DNA of 64,000 nt from Chrysomallon squamiferum (GCA_012295275.1 CM022678.1:10168001-10232000); one strand, 5' to 3'; shown: positions 27,054 to 41,992, counted from the stretch's first letter. Notes: generated from the letters alone by a model not told the origin. A program made the numbers and translations.

Positions 27054-27796
27054 ATGAGTTAAATATTTTACAAATTTCTTATCTTTTAAGATACGTGTAC
27101 TAATTATTAAAGTTATTAACAGCTATGCTTTGTCACTTTTGAATATATACAAACTTTATATAAACCTGATAATTATTTTATTAAAAAAACAAAACAAAAA
27201 AACTAGATGATCTGAAAATTATCTATGAAGAGATCTGTGTTTCTTTTCATGACCCTTTTTGCTACAGTACAGTTCAGTTATAAGATTAAAAATTACTTAT
27301 CATGTATCTTTAAAAACAAATTTAATCCTTCCATCACAATATGTGTTTAATGCAAAAGCAAATACCTATCATATACATGTTGTTAAATAAAACATCAATT
27401 CCTTCTTTTTCTTGTTAACATATTACATATTATACTTATCATAACCAATAATAGATGAAAATGTGTATGGTAAAGTACTATTAATGTTTTATTATTTGTG
27501 TTAGTATTACTACTACTACTACTACTACCACTACTATTATTGTTGTGGTTTATTATTTAATTCATTGTATTCACCATTATTATATTATACAGAGACTGGT
27601 AGGTGAATGTAGAGGTAGCTGTACAGCCAAACAGAAACAATGTAAAATAAATTAAAATTTAACTGAAATAATGACAGAATTTTATTTTTAATATATAAAT
27701 ATTTTATTACAGTTTTGTTTGATTGGATTGGACTACTTACAAGTATATTTTGAAACAAACTACAAAATAACAGAATAGTTTAGATGTGTGTGTGTG

Positions 27797-27829
<33 letters not shown>

Positions 27830-29160
27830 TTTGTCAGCATCAAGTCGTCATGCATGAACAGTTGAACAGCTGTGAACTTCTTGAAGCTGTTCTCGCCAAG
27901 AAAGACCGAGGAAATATCCCCAACAGACTGAGTACCTGAGACTGGAAAATAAATAAATCAATAAATAAAAAATAAAAGAAAATGATACACCATTATAAAA
28001 AACAAAATCCTGTGTGATTATTTTGGTTAACTGGATTTTTTTCAGATCTGAAATGATCTTAAAATAATAATATATGACTATTATAAAAGTGTATTATTAT
28101 TGTACAACATCAGTCTTGTTCTACACATTTTAATTCTGATCAGCAATAAATGTACAATTATGACTGAATAACGACTGATTTATTAAATAATTTTGTTTTT
28201 CTTAACATTAATTATTATCATTATTTATTTATTTCCTTTTTAAACTGAAATTTCCTGATGAAATCTGTTAGAAAGTATGTTAGACAGAGACAATATCAGG
28301 ATAAAACTAATGAAATTAGATACACAATTATAATTTTTTTAAAAAGAAAGAAAAAACAATCACTGAAAAAGAAAAGTAAATTAATAAATGACAAACACTG
28401 TTATTAACCAGCAATAATTCAAATCATGAAAACTGACCGACTGGTTCTAGCTTGGAGTGTCTCAATCTGCCTCATTCCTGTCATCTGTTCTGACCACATC
28501 AAACCCAGCTGTGTGAACCTCTGTTCTGCTTGCTGCAGTGTCTCTCACTGCAACATCACACTCTTCAGTCCCTGACGTCCAGATCTTGTATTTAGTCTGT
28601 ACAGACGTACTTCCAGCAGCCTGCACTACGTTGTTAGCTTTACTTTGAAACAAAGCTGCAGGTTCCTGAGGCTTTGGTGTCAAGTTTTGTGTTTGAAGAC
28701 GTTGAGAACGCTGTAGTGGTCTGCCAAATGCAGGTACTGGTTTGAAAACACAGGCTAATGTCTGGTGTCGTCTTATACCAGTCACTTTTCTATCCTTCAT
28801 CTGCTTTGCAACCTGTGAAAAAAAATGAAGACATGAAATCTGCATTTGTTTTGAACCCTAATAGCCAACTTTTCATTTTGTTTTTTTGTGCTTGGGTTTT
28901 GTTAAACATTAATGTATTGTTTGTTTTGCATTGTCTCTGAACTATAACATTGGGCAAGTTAATCTGACAAAAAGACTTTTTGAAATTTTAAGAGTTTAAA
29001 TACAATTAACAAGAAAAGAAAAAAGACCAGTGTTTTCTGTGCTGACAAAACTGATTTAATTACTGTTCAGTTATAAGTGTCTAACCACCGAACAGTTTAA
29101 TTATTTCTAATCAAACTGTCAATTAAATGTGTCTACTTTTAGTTTTTATGGGGAACAGTT

Positions 29161-29196
<36 letters not shown>

Positions 29197-31557
29197 CATG
29201 CAAGTGCGTGCAGTATTCTAATTTTATCATGGAACTCGTACAGAGGTACATTGGTTTACACATAATATTTCATGGAATGATGTCAGTATTGTGTTAATTA
29301 GTTAGCTCTCCTGTCTCTAAAACTAGAACTGCTACAGCATTAAATAAAAAAGTGGAAGAGCATAAAGTCAGCTTGGTGCCTGCTATGACTTTCAAGAAAA
29401 CTTTGTTACCAGATAGTTATGAACAAGAACTAGCATAAAAATTCACCTTTTAATAAACAAACAAAGAAACAAACAATTAAATAAATGAATAAATGTAACA
29501 TCAAAAAAGAGAAGAAAAAAGCCAGACAAATAAGTAAATAAATAAATGAATAAATGATGAACATCTAAATATTAACAAATAAACAAATACATAAGGATAT
29601 AAATAAATGATGACCATCTAAATATTAACAAATAAACAAATAAATAAATAAATAAATAAAGACATAAATAAACAAACAAATAAATAAATAAAGACATATA
29701 TAACCAATAACTAAGTAAATAAAGATATATTACTCTGCTGTTGTCCGACTCGCTCTCCGAGGCCTCTGTCACGGTGATGTCATCAAACGTCAACGTTTTG
29801 GACAACAACGATTCTTCAGGCTTTTCCTAAACTGAAATTTAAAAAAAATGAACTTTCCAACAAACTGAAATATGGATTGAAGAAAGAAACTATTTTTGTT
29901 CCATAGCTTGGTTTTTAAATAAACTGTTGTTAAATAAGTTATTGTTTAACTGAACACAACTGGTCTGGACTGTCATCTGTTTTCACAACAAACAAAAAGG
30001 TTATCTTTACTTTTTTACAGCAATTTTCCCACAAAACTGTGGGTTCTTTTTTTTTATTACTGGTTCTTTTTTCTGTTTTACTCAATTTACTGTCAATCTG
30101 ATATTTACTGATATTTAACAACTGCTTTATGATTCTGTGTGCATACATGTGTTTGTGTGGGATGTGTGTGTGTTCAAAATAAATTCAGCTATATTTTGAT
30201 ATGAAACTACTGAAAACTGTTTGCCCTGAAGAAATTCAGAAAGTTTTTACAAATTTTTCATTACTGATGATGTAGCCAACAGCAAAGACGTTTCTTGTTT
30301 ACATCTAACTTATCAAGCTGCTGCGTCTGTTGCCAGGGTTCAAAACGACGTTGCAGCTGGTGTTGTTATGAAAAGCTGTTGTCATAGTGATGTGCTTGTC
30401 TAGCTGATTAATAAACTTCATCTTCCAGTCTGAAAGATCAGAAAAATAGGCTGGGCTAGGAAAACAGGCAGAGTGAGATATAATTGCAAGTGCATCTGAG
30501 GAAGGAGTTAAAAACAAACAACAAAACCTATTTTGTATATTAAAGTTAATAAAACCTAGTAGAGACCTATTTTACTTATAGGAAATATAAAATATGATTA
30601 AAATTTGTTAAACCTGTTTACATATATTTTAAAGTTAGTTAAACTTGGCAAAGACCTATTTTAACTTACAATGATGTAAGATATTTTAAAACTAGGTAAC
30701 ACTGTTAAAAGATATTTTTTTGTAAGATATGATAAAGTTAGACAAACCTGGTAAAGAGCTATTGAATTCACTGATGTTTGGTGTTTGTATTCCAGTTATC
30801 TTTTTAAACTGAACTCCAGTCAATGCTGACAATTTCTGTAAACCTGTGAAACAAACCATGTCAACTTATTTAATAAAACATAAATTTCATAAATTTACAA
30901 CAGACACAAGATTATCTTAAGTAATAGTTTGATACATTTTTAGAGATTAATCTTAGAAAATAATAACTAACACAGAGATAAAAGAAAATAATTATCATCG
31001 AAGGTTATCTTAATAGATTATTTTATGTAACAGTCTCATTCAGTTTTAAAGATTAATCTTATAAAATAATAATTAACACAGAAATAAAAAAATAATAATC
31101 ATCTAAGATTAACTTAATAGATTAACTGATACAGTTTTAAAGATTAATCTTATAAAATAGTAACTAACCCAGAAAAAAAAAAAAAATCATCATAGATAGT
31201 AACAGTTTGATACAGTTTTAAAGATGACAAAAATAAATGAAATTAATCTACACTGAAATGATCTACACCAAACTCATGATCGGACAGAAGTGTACTGCGC
31301 AGTGACGCCGATGCTTCACAAACAGTTTTTAACTCAGCCGTGGTTGTCGTCTGACTTGGTGGGTGGATCTCAGTTCAGTGACGCGGCTAACTTCAGTGAC
31401 GCTGCTAACATCAGCGACTGCTTGTGTTTGGAAAACGCTGACAGAACGTCGTCAACATCGATGTCCAGTTTCTGTCCTTGAACAGTAACTGTCTCAGTCT
31501 CCGGATTCAGCGGCTCATTCTTCATCTGTCTTTCTTCTGTCTTTTTGTTTTCTTCCC
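27830..31557 (-). pseudogene. Unidentified spliced gene fragment Z (exons ~31270-31557, 30750-30843, 30303-30495, 29733-29827, 28438-28813, 27830-27941)
   Basis: Higher-GC, CpG-retaining islands with pyrimidine-rich AG acceptors on the minus strand; low-complexity translations with stops; no recognisable domain. Confidence 0.5.
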
Positions 31558-32399
31558 TAAAACAAAACAAAAGAAACCTGTTTGTTAATCAAGTAAGAGT
31601 AAACTCAGAATTAAAACCTCAAAAGGAAATAAATAAATAAATGAAGAACATCTAAATAAACAAATAAATAAATAAGGATGTAAATAAATGATGAACATCT
31701 AAACACTAACAAATAAACAAATGAATAAATAAGTAAATAAAGACATAAATAAACAAACAAATAAATAAATAGACATAAATAAACAGACGGACAAATAAAT
31801 AAATAAATAAAGATATAAATAAACAGTCAGGCAAACAAATAAATAAATAAATAAAGACATATATAACCAATAACTAAGTAAATAAAGATATAGATAATAT
31901 AAGAAATTTACTCAACAAACAAAAAAGTGAATATATCTGCTATATTATCATTAAAAACCCAATATAAAGTCCTGAAATTTGTTTTTGCATATTTTCTGAA
32001 ACCCATCCACATATTATTTTGAAAAATGCACGTATTTTTGTCTGGCTGCTTAGGAATCTAATTATTGTGAAAACAGTGTGTGTATACATATATTTATTTT
32101 GTTTGTGTTATTGTAGATGAAAGAAAAAAAAAAAAAAAGAAGAGAAAAAAGAAAAGAAATTATAAACCAACACATATAGACCACCCCCTATGTATTCCAG
32201 AATTACATATTTTTAACAGAATTGTTTTCTATGAATAATTTAATAAATCAGTGAGTAATTCTTCATTTGTTTCTGAAAGCTGAACAGCAACACTCAAAAA
32301 ATGTATATATAATACACTCAGTAGTATCCAAAAGGATATTATTAAAACAGTACTGTTAAATGTTTTCTGTAATGTAAATTTTGTGATATGTTTATACAA

Positions 32400-32915
32400 T
32401 GATTACCCCCAGCAAACCCTTGACTTTCCCAGGATGGAAATATAAGGAAAACATTTTTATATTTTTTTATATTTTTTATAAAAAATTCTAATTACCCCTA
32501 ATTACATATTCTTCAATTATATTTACATTGATTACCCCCAGCAAACCCTTGATTTTCCCCTGATTTAAATAATAATAATAATAATAATTAAAAAAAGTGT
32601 TGTTGTTTTTTTAAATAAAAAATTCTAATTACCCCTAATTACATAATCTTCAATTATATTTACATTGATTACCTCCAGCAAACTCATGTTGTTTTGTGTT
32701 GTTTTTTTTAATAAAAAATCTAATTACCCTAATTACATAATTTTAAATATATTTACATTGATTATCCCAGCAAACCCTTCATTTTCCCCAATTTAAATAA
32801 TACAAAAATTTGATGATTAAAAAATTTAACACCTCTATGCAATATCACATTAATTTTAGGTTATTTAGAAAAATGGCATTCCATAGCAGTGATGAATCTC
32901 TATTCCTCTTTCAGA
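32400..32915 (-). repeat. Interspersed repeat with internal subrepeats, copy 2
   Basis: Reverse complement of 21759-22190; four GATTACCCCCAGCAAACCC-type / CTAATTACCCCTAATTACAT subunits. Confidence 0.8.
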
Positions 32916-34229
32916 CTCTAACCAAAACAAAACAGACAGAAATGCATTTAACACCACCTTCAAAAATAAAGTTAGACAGAATGAGATACTGACCAATGAG
33001 TATTTCAACTAAAGGTATAAACAGACTTGCTAATCTTAATTCATTGTCCAAAATCCCACAATAAAGGGCAATTCATTATTTATGAGGACTGTTACTGAAT
33101 CACACCAGTTTGTATAAATGGCAAGAACATGGCAGAATGAAATAAAAAATAGTCTACAGTGACACATGATAACTACTTCAAAACAGACATGAATGCTTTT
33201 CAGTGCTGATAACAACATGTTAATGTCATTCTGCATCAGGTAGCTGATTTCAGTCATTTTGATTACATACTGCATTACTTTTCTGGGACAGCATAGAACT
33301 GATTTTCTGCATCTAATTTTCGATTTGATTAAAAATATAATAACCAGAATAATAACCTTTTAATCCCAAAAGATCAAGAGAATTCCAATTAGTTACAAAT
33401 ATTTAATTGCTAACATTTTAAAATGTGATGATATAATTGATTCAAACCACAAAAAGTCCTTTATACCTACAGATCTTTTTGTTACATTTAAAAAAATATA
33501 TATATATATTTTATAACATTAAATGACAGCTGAATAAATTATTAAAAAACAACATTATTTGTGAGTATCATTCAGTTCATTAGCTAGTTTATGTATATTA
33601 TTCTAACACAAAACAAAACTGCAGTGATTAAAATGCTGAAGTGTTATCTTGAACTGAACTGAACTTTTATCACCTACAAATCTGTAAGTATGTCTTTAAT
33701 AGTTAACAGATTTGAATCCTGAACGAGGAAGTGATCAAGCTGATTAAAAAATAATAATTGAAGAAAATAATGCAGATACTGCAACACTAACACAGAAACT
33801 AATCAACTCTGTGTCATCTCATATATAAAGTTTTGACTTGTAGGAAACAGAGTTGTAAGGATTTACATCTGCTTCTTCCTGATCAATGACAATATATAAC
33901 ATAATTACCACCAACTTGATCACTATGCATTTGGAAGGTACATTTTTCAGGAATATGATTTAACTTTTTATAAAACAGAATCAAGAACTGAAATGTTGGT
34001 TTAGACAGGTTTTTGTATTATTTTAATTATTATTATTGTTGTTTTGGTAGTGGTAATGTTGCTATTATATATTTTCAAATAATTTATTTAAAATGCTATT
34101 TTATCTGATAAAGAAAAAAAGCAAACAAAAAACCCATTAATATCCCTTCCTCTCTTCCCTCAAAAATATAAATTATTTTTTTTTTTTTATATATTTCAAG
34201 CAAACTACATAAGTATATAATCTACTTAC

Positions 34230-37200
34230 CTGAAAGGTCCTCCTGCATCCTTTAACCCAAGCTGGTCAAGAAAACCCCTGAAATGCTTGAAATCCCAGGA
34301 TCCAAAGTTTGTGCTGGTGGTATGATAGCTGTATTTAAACAACTATCTTGTTTCATGTATGAGTCACTGCTTCCTACTATTTGTTCAGGATCAGGCAATT
34401 TTGTGGATTTTGTACAGTCCCCTTGTTTTAGCCAGATTTATCTAAATAAACAAATATAGAAAGAAAAATTAATAAAATAAAAATAAAATAACAATAAATA
34501 AAAAATCTAAATCTTAATGTACATTATTTAAATAAAAAATCTAAATCTTAACGTACATTATTTAAAATATTTATTTGACCTATTCCTGGCTAGGATCATA
34601 TGATTAATTTGCACAATAAAATCTTTGAGAAAAGAAATTTCAGACATGGAAAATTATTATAAATTATCAATGAATTATACTTTAACAATGTTTTAATACT
34701 GACTTTATTTATCTGGATATGATGGTAACATTCAAGAAGCAGCAAAAATAACTTTAAAAAAAACTAAATCCTTTGCCTGAGCAAGCCTTACAATTAATGG
34801 CCACTGGCCATTACAAGCCCTGCATTCATATGTACACACATACTTACACACATTACTGTTATTTATTATTATAAAACATACTGATACCACTTACTTTAGA
34901 ACAGTTCTCTGTTTTAGTGCCTTCCTCTGACTGTCTAGTAACAGTATCAGATGAATTTGTCAGCTTCAGGTTTTTTCTCAAATTCACCTGCAAAACCAGA
35001 AAGAGATTTAAAATTGTGATAGAATTATATCTCATAGGGAAAAAACAGAAACAAATTTATAAATAAAAATTAATGAAAGGCTTTTAATCCCAAATCTGCA
35101 CTAATTACTTCTGCTAGTTAGATTCTTCATTAGAATGAAGGTCAGATCTGTAGCTGATGGAGGCTATTAATTTAAACATGCACAGAAGTCTTGAATGCCA
35201 GTATTTAAAAAAAAAATAATATAAATAAATTAAATATTAAAAATAAAATAAAAAATTAAATATAAATAAAAAGATACAAAGATAAAAGAGATAAAAGTGA
35301 AGATAAATAAAAATTCACAAATTTAAAGTGAAATAAATCAACATTAAAACAAAAATCATTGGATAATGCAGAACAGAATTTTTTAAAGTATTAAACTTGA
35401 TTAAAAAAACCTGAAAGACCCCCCCCCCAAAAAAGAAAACATTCAAATGTAATGTAATAGACAATCAAAATTTCTGTCTTAAAGTTTGTAATTTGAAACT
35501 TTTATTTGCAGTTGTAAAATTATTTAAAGTAAAAAACAAACAAATAAAGTATTTTCTAATAATCTAACAAACTGAAGAGGCAACATTTAACTAACTATTA
35601 TAACCAAACTGATTAAAACAAAAAACAGATGAATACAGAAATGAAACTGTACAAATTATTTATATTTTAATTACAATGAAAATAAATTTCAACTTTACAA
35701 ACAAACAAATAACAAAACACAAAACTGTAAATACCATATTTATTATAAATAATATTAATTTATTGCTATCTAAGTATCATTTCTATGGAATCTATGGAAA
35801 AATAAATAAATATATATTCAAAATAGCTAACCTGAAATATATTTTTTTTGATATATTTACTGAATTATATAAACATAAAACAACTTCCAGTAAGATATAA
35901 TAAAGATATTATAAAGTTACTTTATGGTGAAAACTAAAATGTAAGTATGAAAAAGGAGTATTTATTTCCTAAATAAATTTTAATTGTTACTAATCTTAAT
36001 AAAAAAAAATAAGACAAACAACTGTTCTGGAGCTTATACTTTGAAGTTATATCCCTGATATTATTAAAATTCTATATTCTGCTGGAATTTTTAAAAACCT
36101 TTCATATTTTATTATACCGTAATAAAACTTTACTTAAAAAATGTTAAGGTTTATTATGTCAAAAAGTGCCAGAGTTGGTAAAATTTTAAATTTGTTTATT
36201 AAAAAGACATATATTTCCTTAATTGTTAAAAAAAACCTATAAGATAGAAATAGTTTTTCTTAAAACAAAAAATGGAGTAAGTAAATAATAATAATAGTGA
36301 AAATAAATAAATATATGTGTATTGCTAGTTAATATTTTCAGTAACAGTAACGTGAAGGTATGTTTGTTATAAATCTAAAAATTTAAAAATATTAGAAACA
36401 AAGTGTTTTATTTAACTGATTATAAAGCTCATTTTGATTTTTCACCTATAAAAATAACCCATTAAAAAAAAATCTTATTACAAACAGTGTGTTTTTTCAT
36501 CATCATTCTTAGCTATTAATTTCATTTTACTGTGATCATGTGTGAAAACATCATAGCAAAACATAATTAAAACTTTACTTACCTTTTCACTGCTAACATT
36601 TCCTGCATTTTCAGCTGGCTTATTGTCATCCATTCTGAAACACAAATAACATAGTAATAAATCCGATAAGTCAGCAGGTAATTTAAATATTTTGGAAAAA
36701 CACAAAGAATTACTAAGAAATATATTTTAAAATCTTTTAAAAATCTTTTTAAAAAAAAATCATTCATCGCAAATGTAGCTTGATGATTTACGGAGTTCAC
36801 TGACAGGTTTCATACAGCAATTTGGTCACAAGAAGGGAAGGACCTCTGCCTGTTACACTTACTGTGGAACAGTGAAATACAAATTCACTACCTAGATCTT
36901 ATTGTTTTATTTCATGCAGATGCATATCACCATGACGAAAATGACAAATGAGTGGAGAAAAGAAAACAAAGAAATAAAAGAACACTTAGCTACCTGGTCA
37001 AAGTATTTGTCATTGTGATGTTTATTATGTGTGAAACTCTGCTATTGTCACCTTGACCATCACAGTGATCAGTGTCCTCCTCGATCAAGGTTGATAATTT
37101 TATTGAGTGTCTGAAAATGTAAGCTTTACGTTTTTTAAGAGTCTGCGTAGAAAACTAAATGACTTAGGGAAACAAAAAAGGGACAGACACAGAAAAAGAA

Positions 37201-38120
37201 TATTAATTTTAAGGTTACATTCTGAAACAACCATAAAATAAAAAAGACCACAACATTTAGTGAAAAACTACTTAAAATTCTATAAATAAATATAATAAAT
37301 ACAAAAATGTTAATAACTATTTCTGTGTAACCTTTTCATAAACAGTGTAACTGTTAGTCACCACAGAAAATATATTAATATTTTTGGTTTCTCTGTTTCA
37401 TCAATCAGCTTATATGTTGTTACTGCAAAATATTTTTAAATGCAGACCTCCTTTCAAACAAAAATGAAATTTTATTCTTCTTATTCAAATATTTTCACTG
37501 GTCATTTCTGATAAATGATTTAATTAGACTTTCTAATAATTACTGACACATACTCAAGTATTGAACCTAAGCAGGTTTTTCATTGTTAAATAACATTCAT
37601 AAAAGTATGGCTTTGTGCATTATTTATTTTAAGATCTGCGGTTGTTGTTTTTATTAAAAATAAATATCTCAATATTGATACATTCACTTATTTTTATATT
37701 AGAAGTTTTATTTCTCAATTTATTATTGTTGTTATTCCATGATAGTTTCAGAATGACAGTTAAATAATAATTAAAATATCTTTATCTTTTTATTGTTGTT
37801 GTTATTGTAGTTATTAATGGATCATATTTTAGGATTATGTTAAATATTATTAAAATAGTTTTATTTTCATTTGTATTGTTTTTGTTCTTGTCATACTTTG
37901 GACTATGTGGATCAAAAAGGGAGGGAATCAAGAATCCACTGTTGACATGAATTCATATAAGTAAAATGAAATAGACTTTAAATGACCCTCTGTATCTTAC
38001 TGTCTATTTTTCTATGTATCCATTAGTATGTATATTTGTCTATTTATCTGCCCATCAAACGCTAAGTAAATCAATCACTCACACCATGTACATCCAAACA
38101 TTCCTCTCAATCCTTTTCCA

Positions 38121-38169
<49 letters not shown>

Positions 38170-39586
38170 GCATATCTATGCCTCTCTTTGTGATAGTGTC
38201 TATATAACCACAGACATACCTATCTTACAACCTCTGTCTTTCTGTATGTCTGACCAGTTATAACACAAGCACACTATCATTCACACATGTTCTAGCACAT
38301 TAAACACATGTACCTGCACTTCCATATACATGTAGTTACCTATCTTCCTATCCATCACGCTCTCTCTTTGTATCTATCCATCAACCTGCTGAGTTATCTA
38401 TCTACATACACACGTACCTATCTACCTACCTATCTGCTCCTTCTATCTTATGTATTTTTCTTTTATCTTGTCCATCCATGCATGTACCAACACATAACCA
38501 TCCACCAATCATCTACCCAACTCCCTGCCTGCCTACATATCTAACTATGTCCACATACCTACATTACAACCTGTCTTTCTGTTTGTCTGTCTACAAACAC
38601 TCTATATCTGCATAACTTTATACATTGTCTTTCTCATTTTCCAAATTAGTTGTTATTATCACTGTGTATCTTCCTCTCTGTTAATTTAGCTATGGTCTGT
38701 CTTCTATCTTATTATTCCATTTTTTCCATCTGTCTAACTATAATATTATGACTACTTATCAAGCCGACTATTTGTCATGCAGTATGATCTACATCTATGT
38801 ACCAATCCATCATCTGTCTTTCCATCCATCTGTTTATCTGTCAGTGTTTATAGACATTTTTAAAACTTTTTATTAAAATTAAAATAAAGAATATTGATCA
38901 CTTAACCTGTTCTATAATTCTAAATATACAAAGAGCTTCTCTTCAAAGTAAATATTTTGAAATCATCTCTCAGATTTAGTTATCTGGTATACCTTTACCT
39001 TCACCCTATTTTCTCTAATACATTTATTTAAAAAGGGGCACTTACCTGGAAACCCATCCCTATTTCTTCCTGTCTACTGGGCTTCTTGTTTACAATAAAA
39101 GTTGGTATAACCTTTGCATCTCTTCTTTTCAATATCAGTGATATAGGTAATAATACATCTCCTTAATTTCAGGTCTTCTCACTTCTTCCTTTTCAACAGA
39201 AAATAAAGAAGAGATAAATCTTCACTTTTCACTATGGACTGTGCATTTTATAAAGTTAAGACTGAGATTTAATCTGCTGCTTTATCAGCTTTACAAAAAC
39301 TTAAATAAGGAAAAAGTAATAACACTTTAATTTTGGGGTTTTTTTGAAGAATGTATATTTTACTCAATTTACTTTTTCACTGTTGATTATAAAATTATTA
39401 TACTCTTATTATAAACTGATACATTTTTTAAAATAAGTTTATTTATTTTTGTTTTTTTGTTTTTTTATTGTGAATGAAACTGGTTTGGAAAATCAATATT
39501 TATTTTTTTTCCATTGTTAATAATGAAAAATACATAGATTATTCAGTATTAATTTTCATATTGAATTTTTATTTTAAATTTTCTGA

Positions 39587-39628
<42 letters not shown>

Positions 39629-39990
39629 TAATAAAAATAAATAAATAAATAAATAAAATAAAATTTTAAAAAGTTTGTTTAGTTTAAATTTCTGTTAAGA
39701 AAATGATAACTGATATAAACACTACAATCTTAGAGGTCCTTAGGTCCAAATTGTGAGCGTTCCCAATCGTTTTTTTTTTTTTTTTTTTTTTTTTTTGATT
39801 CCTACCTTCATGTCATTAACATTATTAATAAGTGAATATTTCTTATCAGCGAATTCAAAATTATCTGTCATCGTTCAATAGCAAACGAAGATTAAAATGA
39901 CTTTCTAGCACATGCGAAGTGACGTGCGAGTCGGAAGTGAGTCTCGATTACGATATTAGTTTCAAGTCATTTAAAAGGAAAAAGACTACC
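34230..39990 (-). pseudogene. Unidentified gene Y, 5' portion (exons ~39806-39990, 39046-39188, 36994-37142, 36583-36634, 34895-34987, 34230-34441)
   Basis: Canonical splice sites with compatible phases giving ..VIPTFIVNKKPSRQEEIGMGFQ|TLKKRKAYIFRH..NTLT|RMDDNKP..SEK|VNLRKN..CSK|INLAK..*; frame is broken in the flanking exons. Confidence 0.55.
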
Positions 39991-40020
39991 GTGTATCAAA
40001 CATTTCGGAAGCGAAGACAA
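39905..40020. promoter_or_regulatory. Putative promoter of gene Y
   Basis: Local CpG cluster with TGACGT (CRE-like), CGGAAGT (ETS) and a second CGGAAG, at the 5' end of the first minus-strand exon. Confidence 0.45.
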
Positions 40021-40407
40021 AATTAAAACCTTTTTATTTACATACTCTTTAATACTGTTAAATCTCGTTAAAACATGAATCACTTATTTCTTGATATCAT
40101 GAGGCATATCTAATTACCACTGTAAGATTGTCGTTTAACTAACAGAAAACTACAGTAATTTCTCCTGTATTTTTAACATATTTATTTTTAAGAAGTCTTT
40201 TGCTACCATTACAGCCGTTTGTACGAAAAAACTAATATTCAGATAAAGAATTTTTTTTTTAATTATAAATACATTAGCTTACTTTATCACATTCTGATAA
40301 AATTTTCAGCCGATAACTTGATTATCACCTACTGAATAATTTAGTATTCTATAGTTTCATTAACTATTAACACCTTTATTTTTGTTTATTTATTTATTTT
40401 TAGCTAG

Positions 40408-40559
40408 GTTTTAAATTTATCAGAAAACAGTTTTGGACACCAGGCTTTCCGAGCTGTGTGTTTGGCAATGTGTTCTAACACAACAGTGATTTTCCTTAGC
40501 CTCACCACCAACAAAACAGACACTGAGAGTGCTGTGAGTAATCGTAATTATCACTGTTT

Positions 40560-40608
<49 letters not shown>

Positions 40609-41007
40609 CCCAATAACAAGAAATTATTTTTATAATTTTATGTTTATAAAATTGTGAAAAACAAATTCTTGTTTTCTCTTCTTCATGTTCTTCTTCGTTG
40701 TCTTCTTCTTCGTCTTCTTTTTCTTCTTCTTCTTATTATTATTGTCATTATTATTGTTATTGTTATTATTAATATTATTATTATCATTGTTATTGTTATT
40801 ATTAATTGTCCAGTATTACAGTTAGCTACTAATATTGCTACTTGTGCTATTACCACTGTTACTACTGTTATTCTATTACTGAAAAAATAGTTACTAACAG
40901 TGACTTTTAACACACTAAATCTATTACCAATAATTATATATCTATTTACCACTATGTCTGTTACTGCTATTTCTACACATGTTAATGTATTATTTTTGTT
41001 CTATTAT

Positions 41008-41038
<31 letters not shown>

Positions 41039-41918
41039 GCTACTGTGGTGTCTGCAGTTATTTACTACTCCTCTTATTGTATTTACTACTACTATTCAAC
41101 CCAAGCTAATTCTACCACAGTTATCACTATCACTGTTAATGCTGCAATGACTACTACTAGTACTGTTACTACTAATACTACAGCTATTACCTCTGGTGCT
41201 ATTACTAGGACTATTACTACTAATACTAGTACTATTACTACTAATACTACAACTATTATCACTATTACTACTCCTAGTGTTGTTACGAATTCTGCTGCTG
41301 CTGCTTCTACTACTACTACAACAACAGCAACTTCTACTACTGCTGGCAATGCTACTACTACTGTTATTCATATTAAAACTACTACAACTACTGCTGTGTC
41401 AACTACTATAACCAACAGTACCATTGTTACTACTAGTTATATTGCTACTATATCTGCTGTTGTTACTATTACTACTGTTAAAACATTATGATGTCTTCTA
41501 CTAACTACCTTTTTCATTATATATATATATTTTCAATTTATTAACTTTCTTATTTATTTATTTATTGATTGATTTATCATATTTTCTGAACTTTTTCTTT
41601 TTTCTTTTTCTGCTAAATTAAGATATAGCTGCCAAGTTTCTTAATACTGTTTTTCATTTATTTCAGGTATTCCAGAATCCAAATTGGACACAAGTTCTGT
41701 ACAGGAATTATGTCTGAACTGCAGTTATTTAACCAACCAGCTATTGGAGTTTCTGGTAGAACGTGTCCATGCAAAACTCCTTTCTTTGAAAGATGTGGAC
41801 ATTGGAAATTGTCCTGATCTTTGTGTATCTGTCATTGACAATTTAGTTAAACTTATTTCAGGTAATTGTTTTTTATTAAAGTAAACACTATTTTTGGAAT
41901 TTTATAAATTTTAAATAA

Positions 41919-41992
<74 letters not shown>

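Noticed and set aside
40979-41491. Thr-rich mucin-like 170-aa ORF
   Set aside because: Intronic ACT-rich simple sequence without splice signals; the paralogous tract at 13.5-14.1 kb does not keep the frame.
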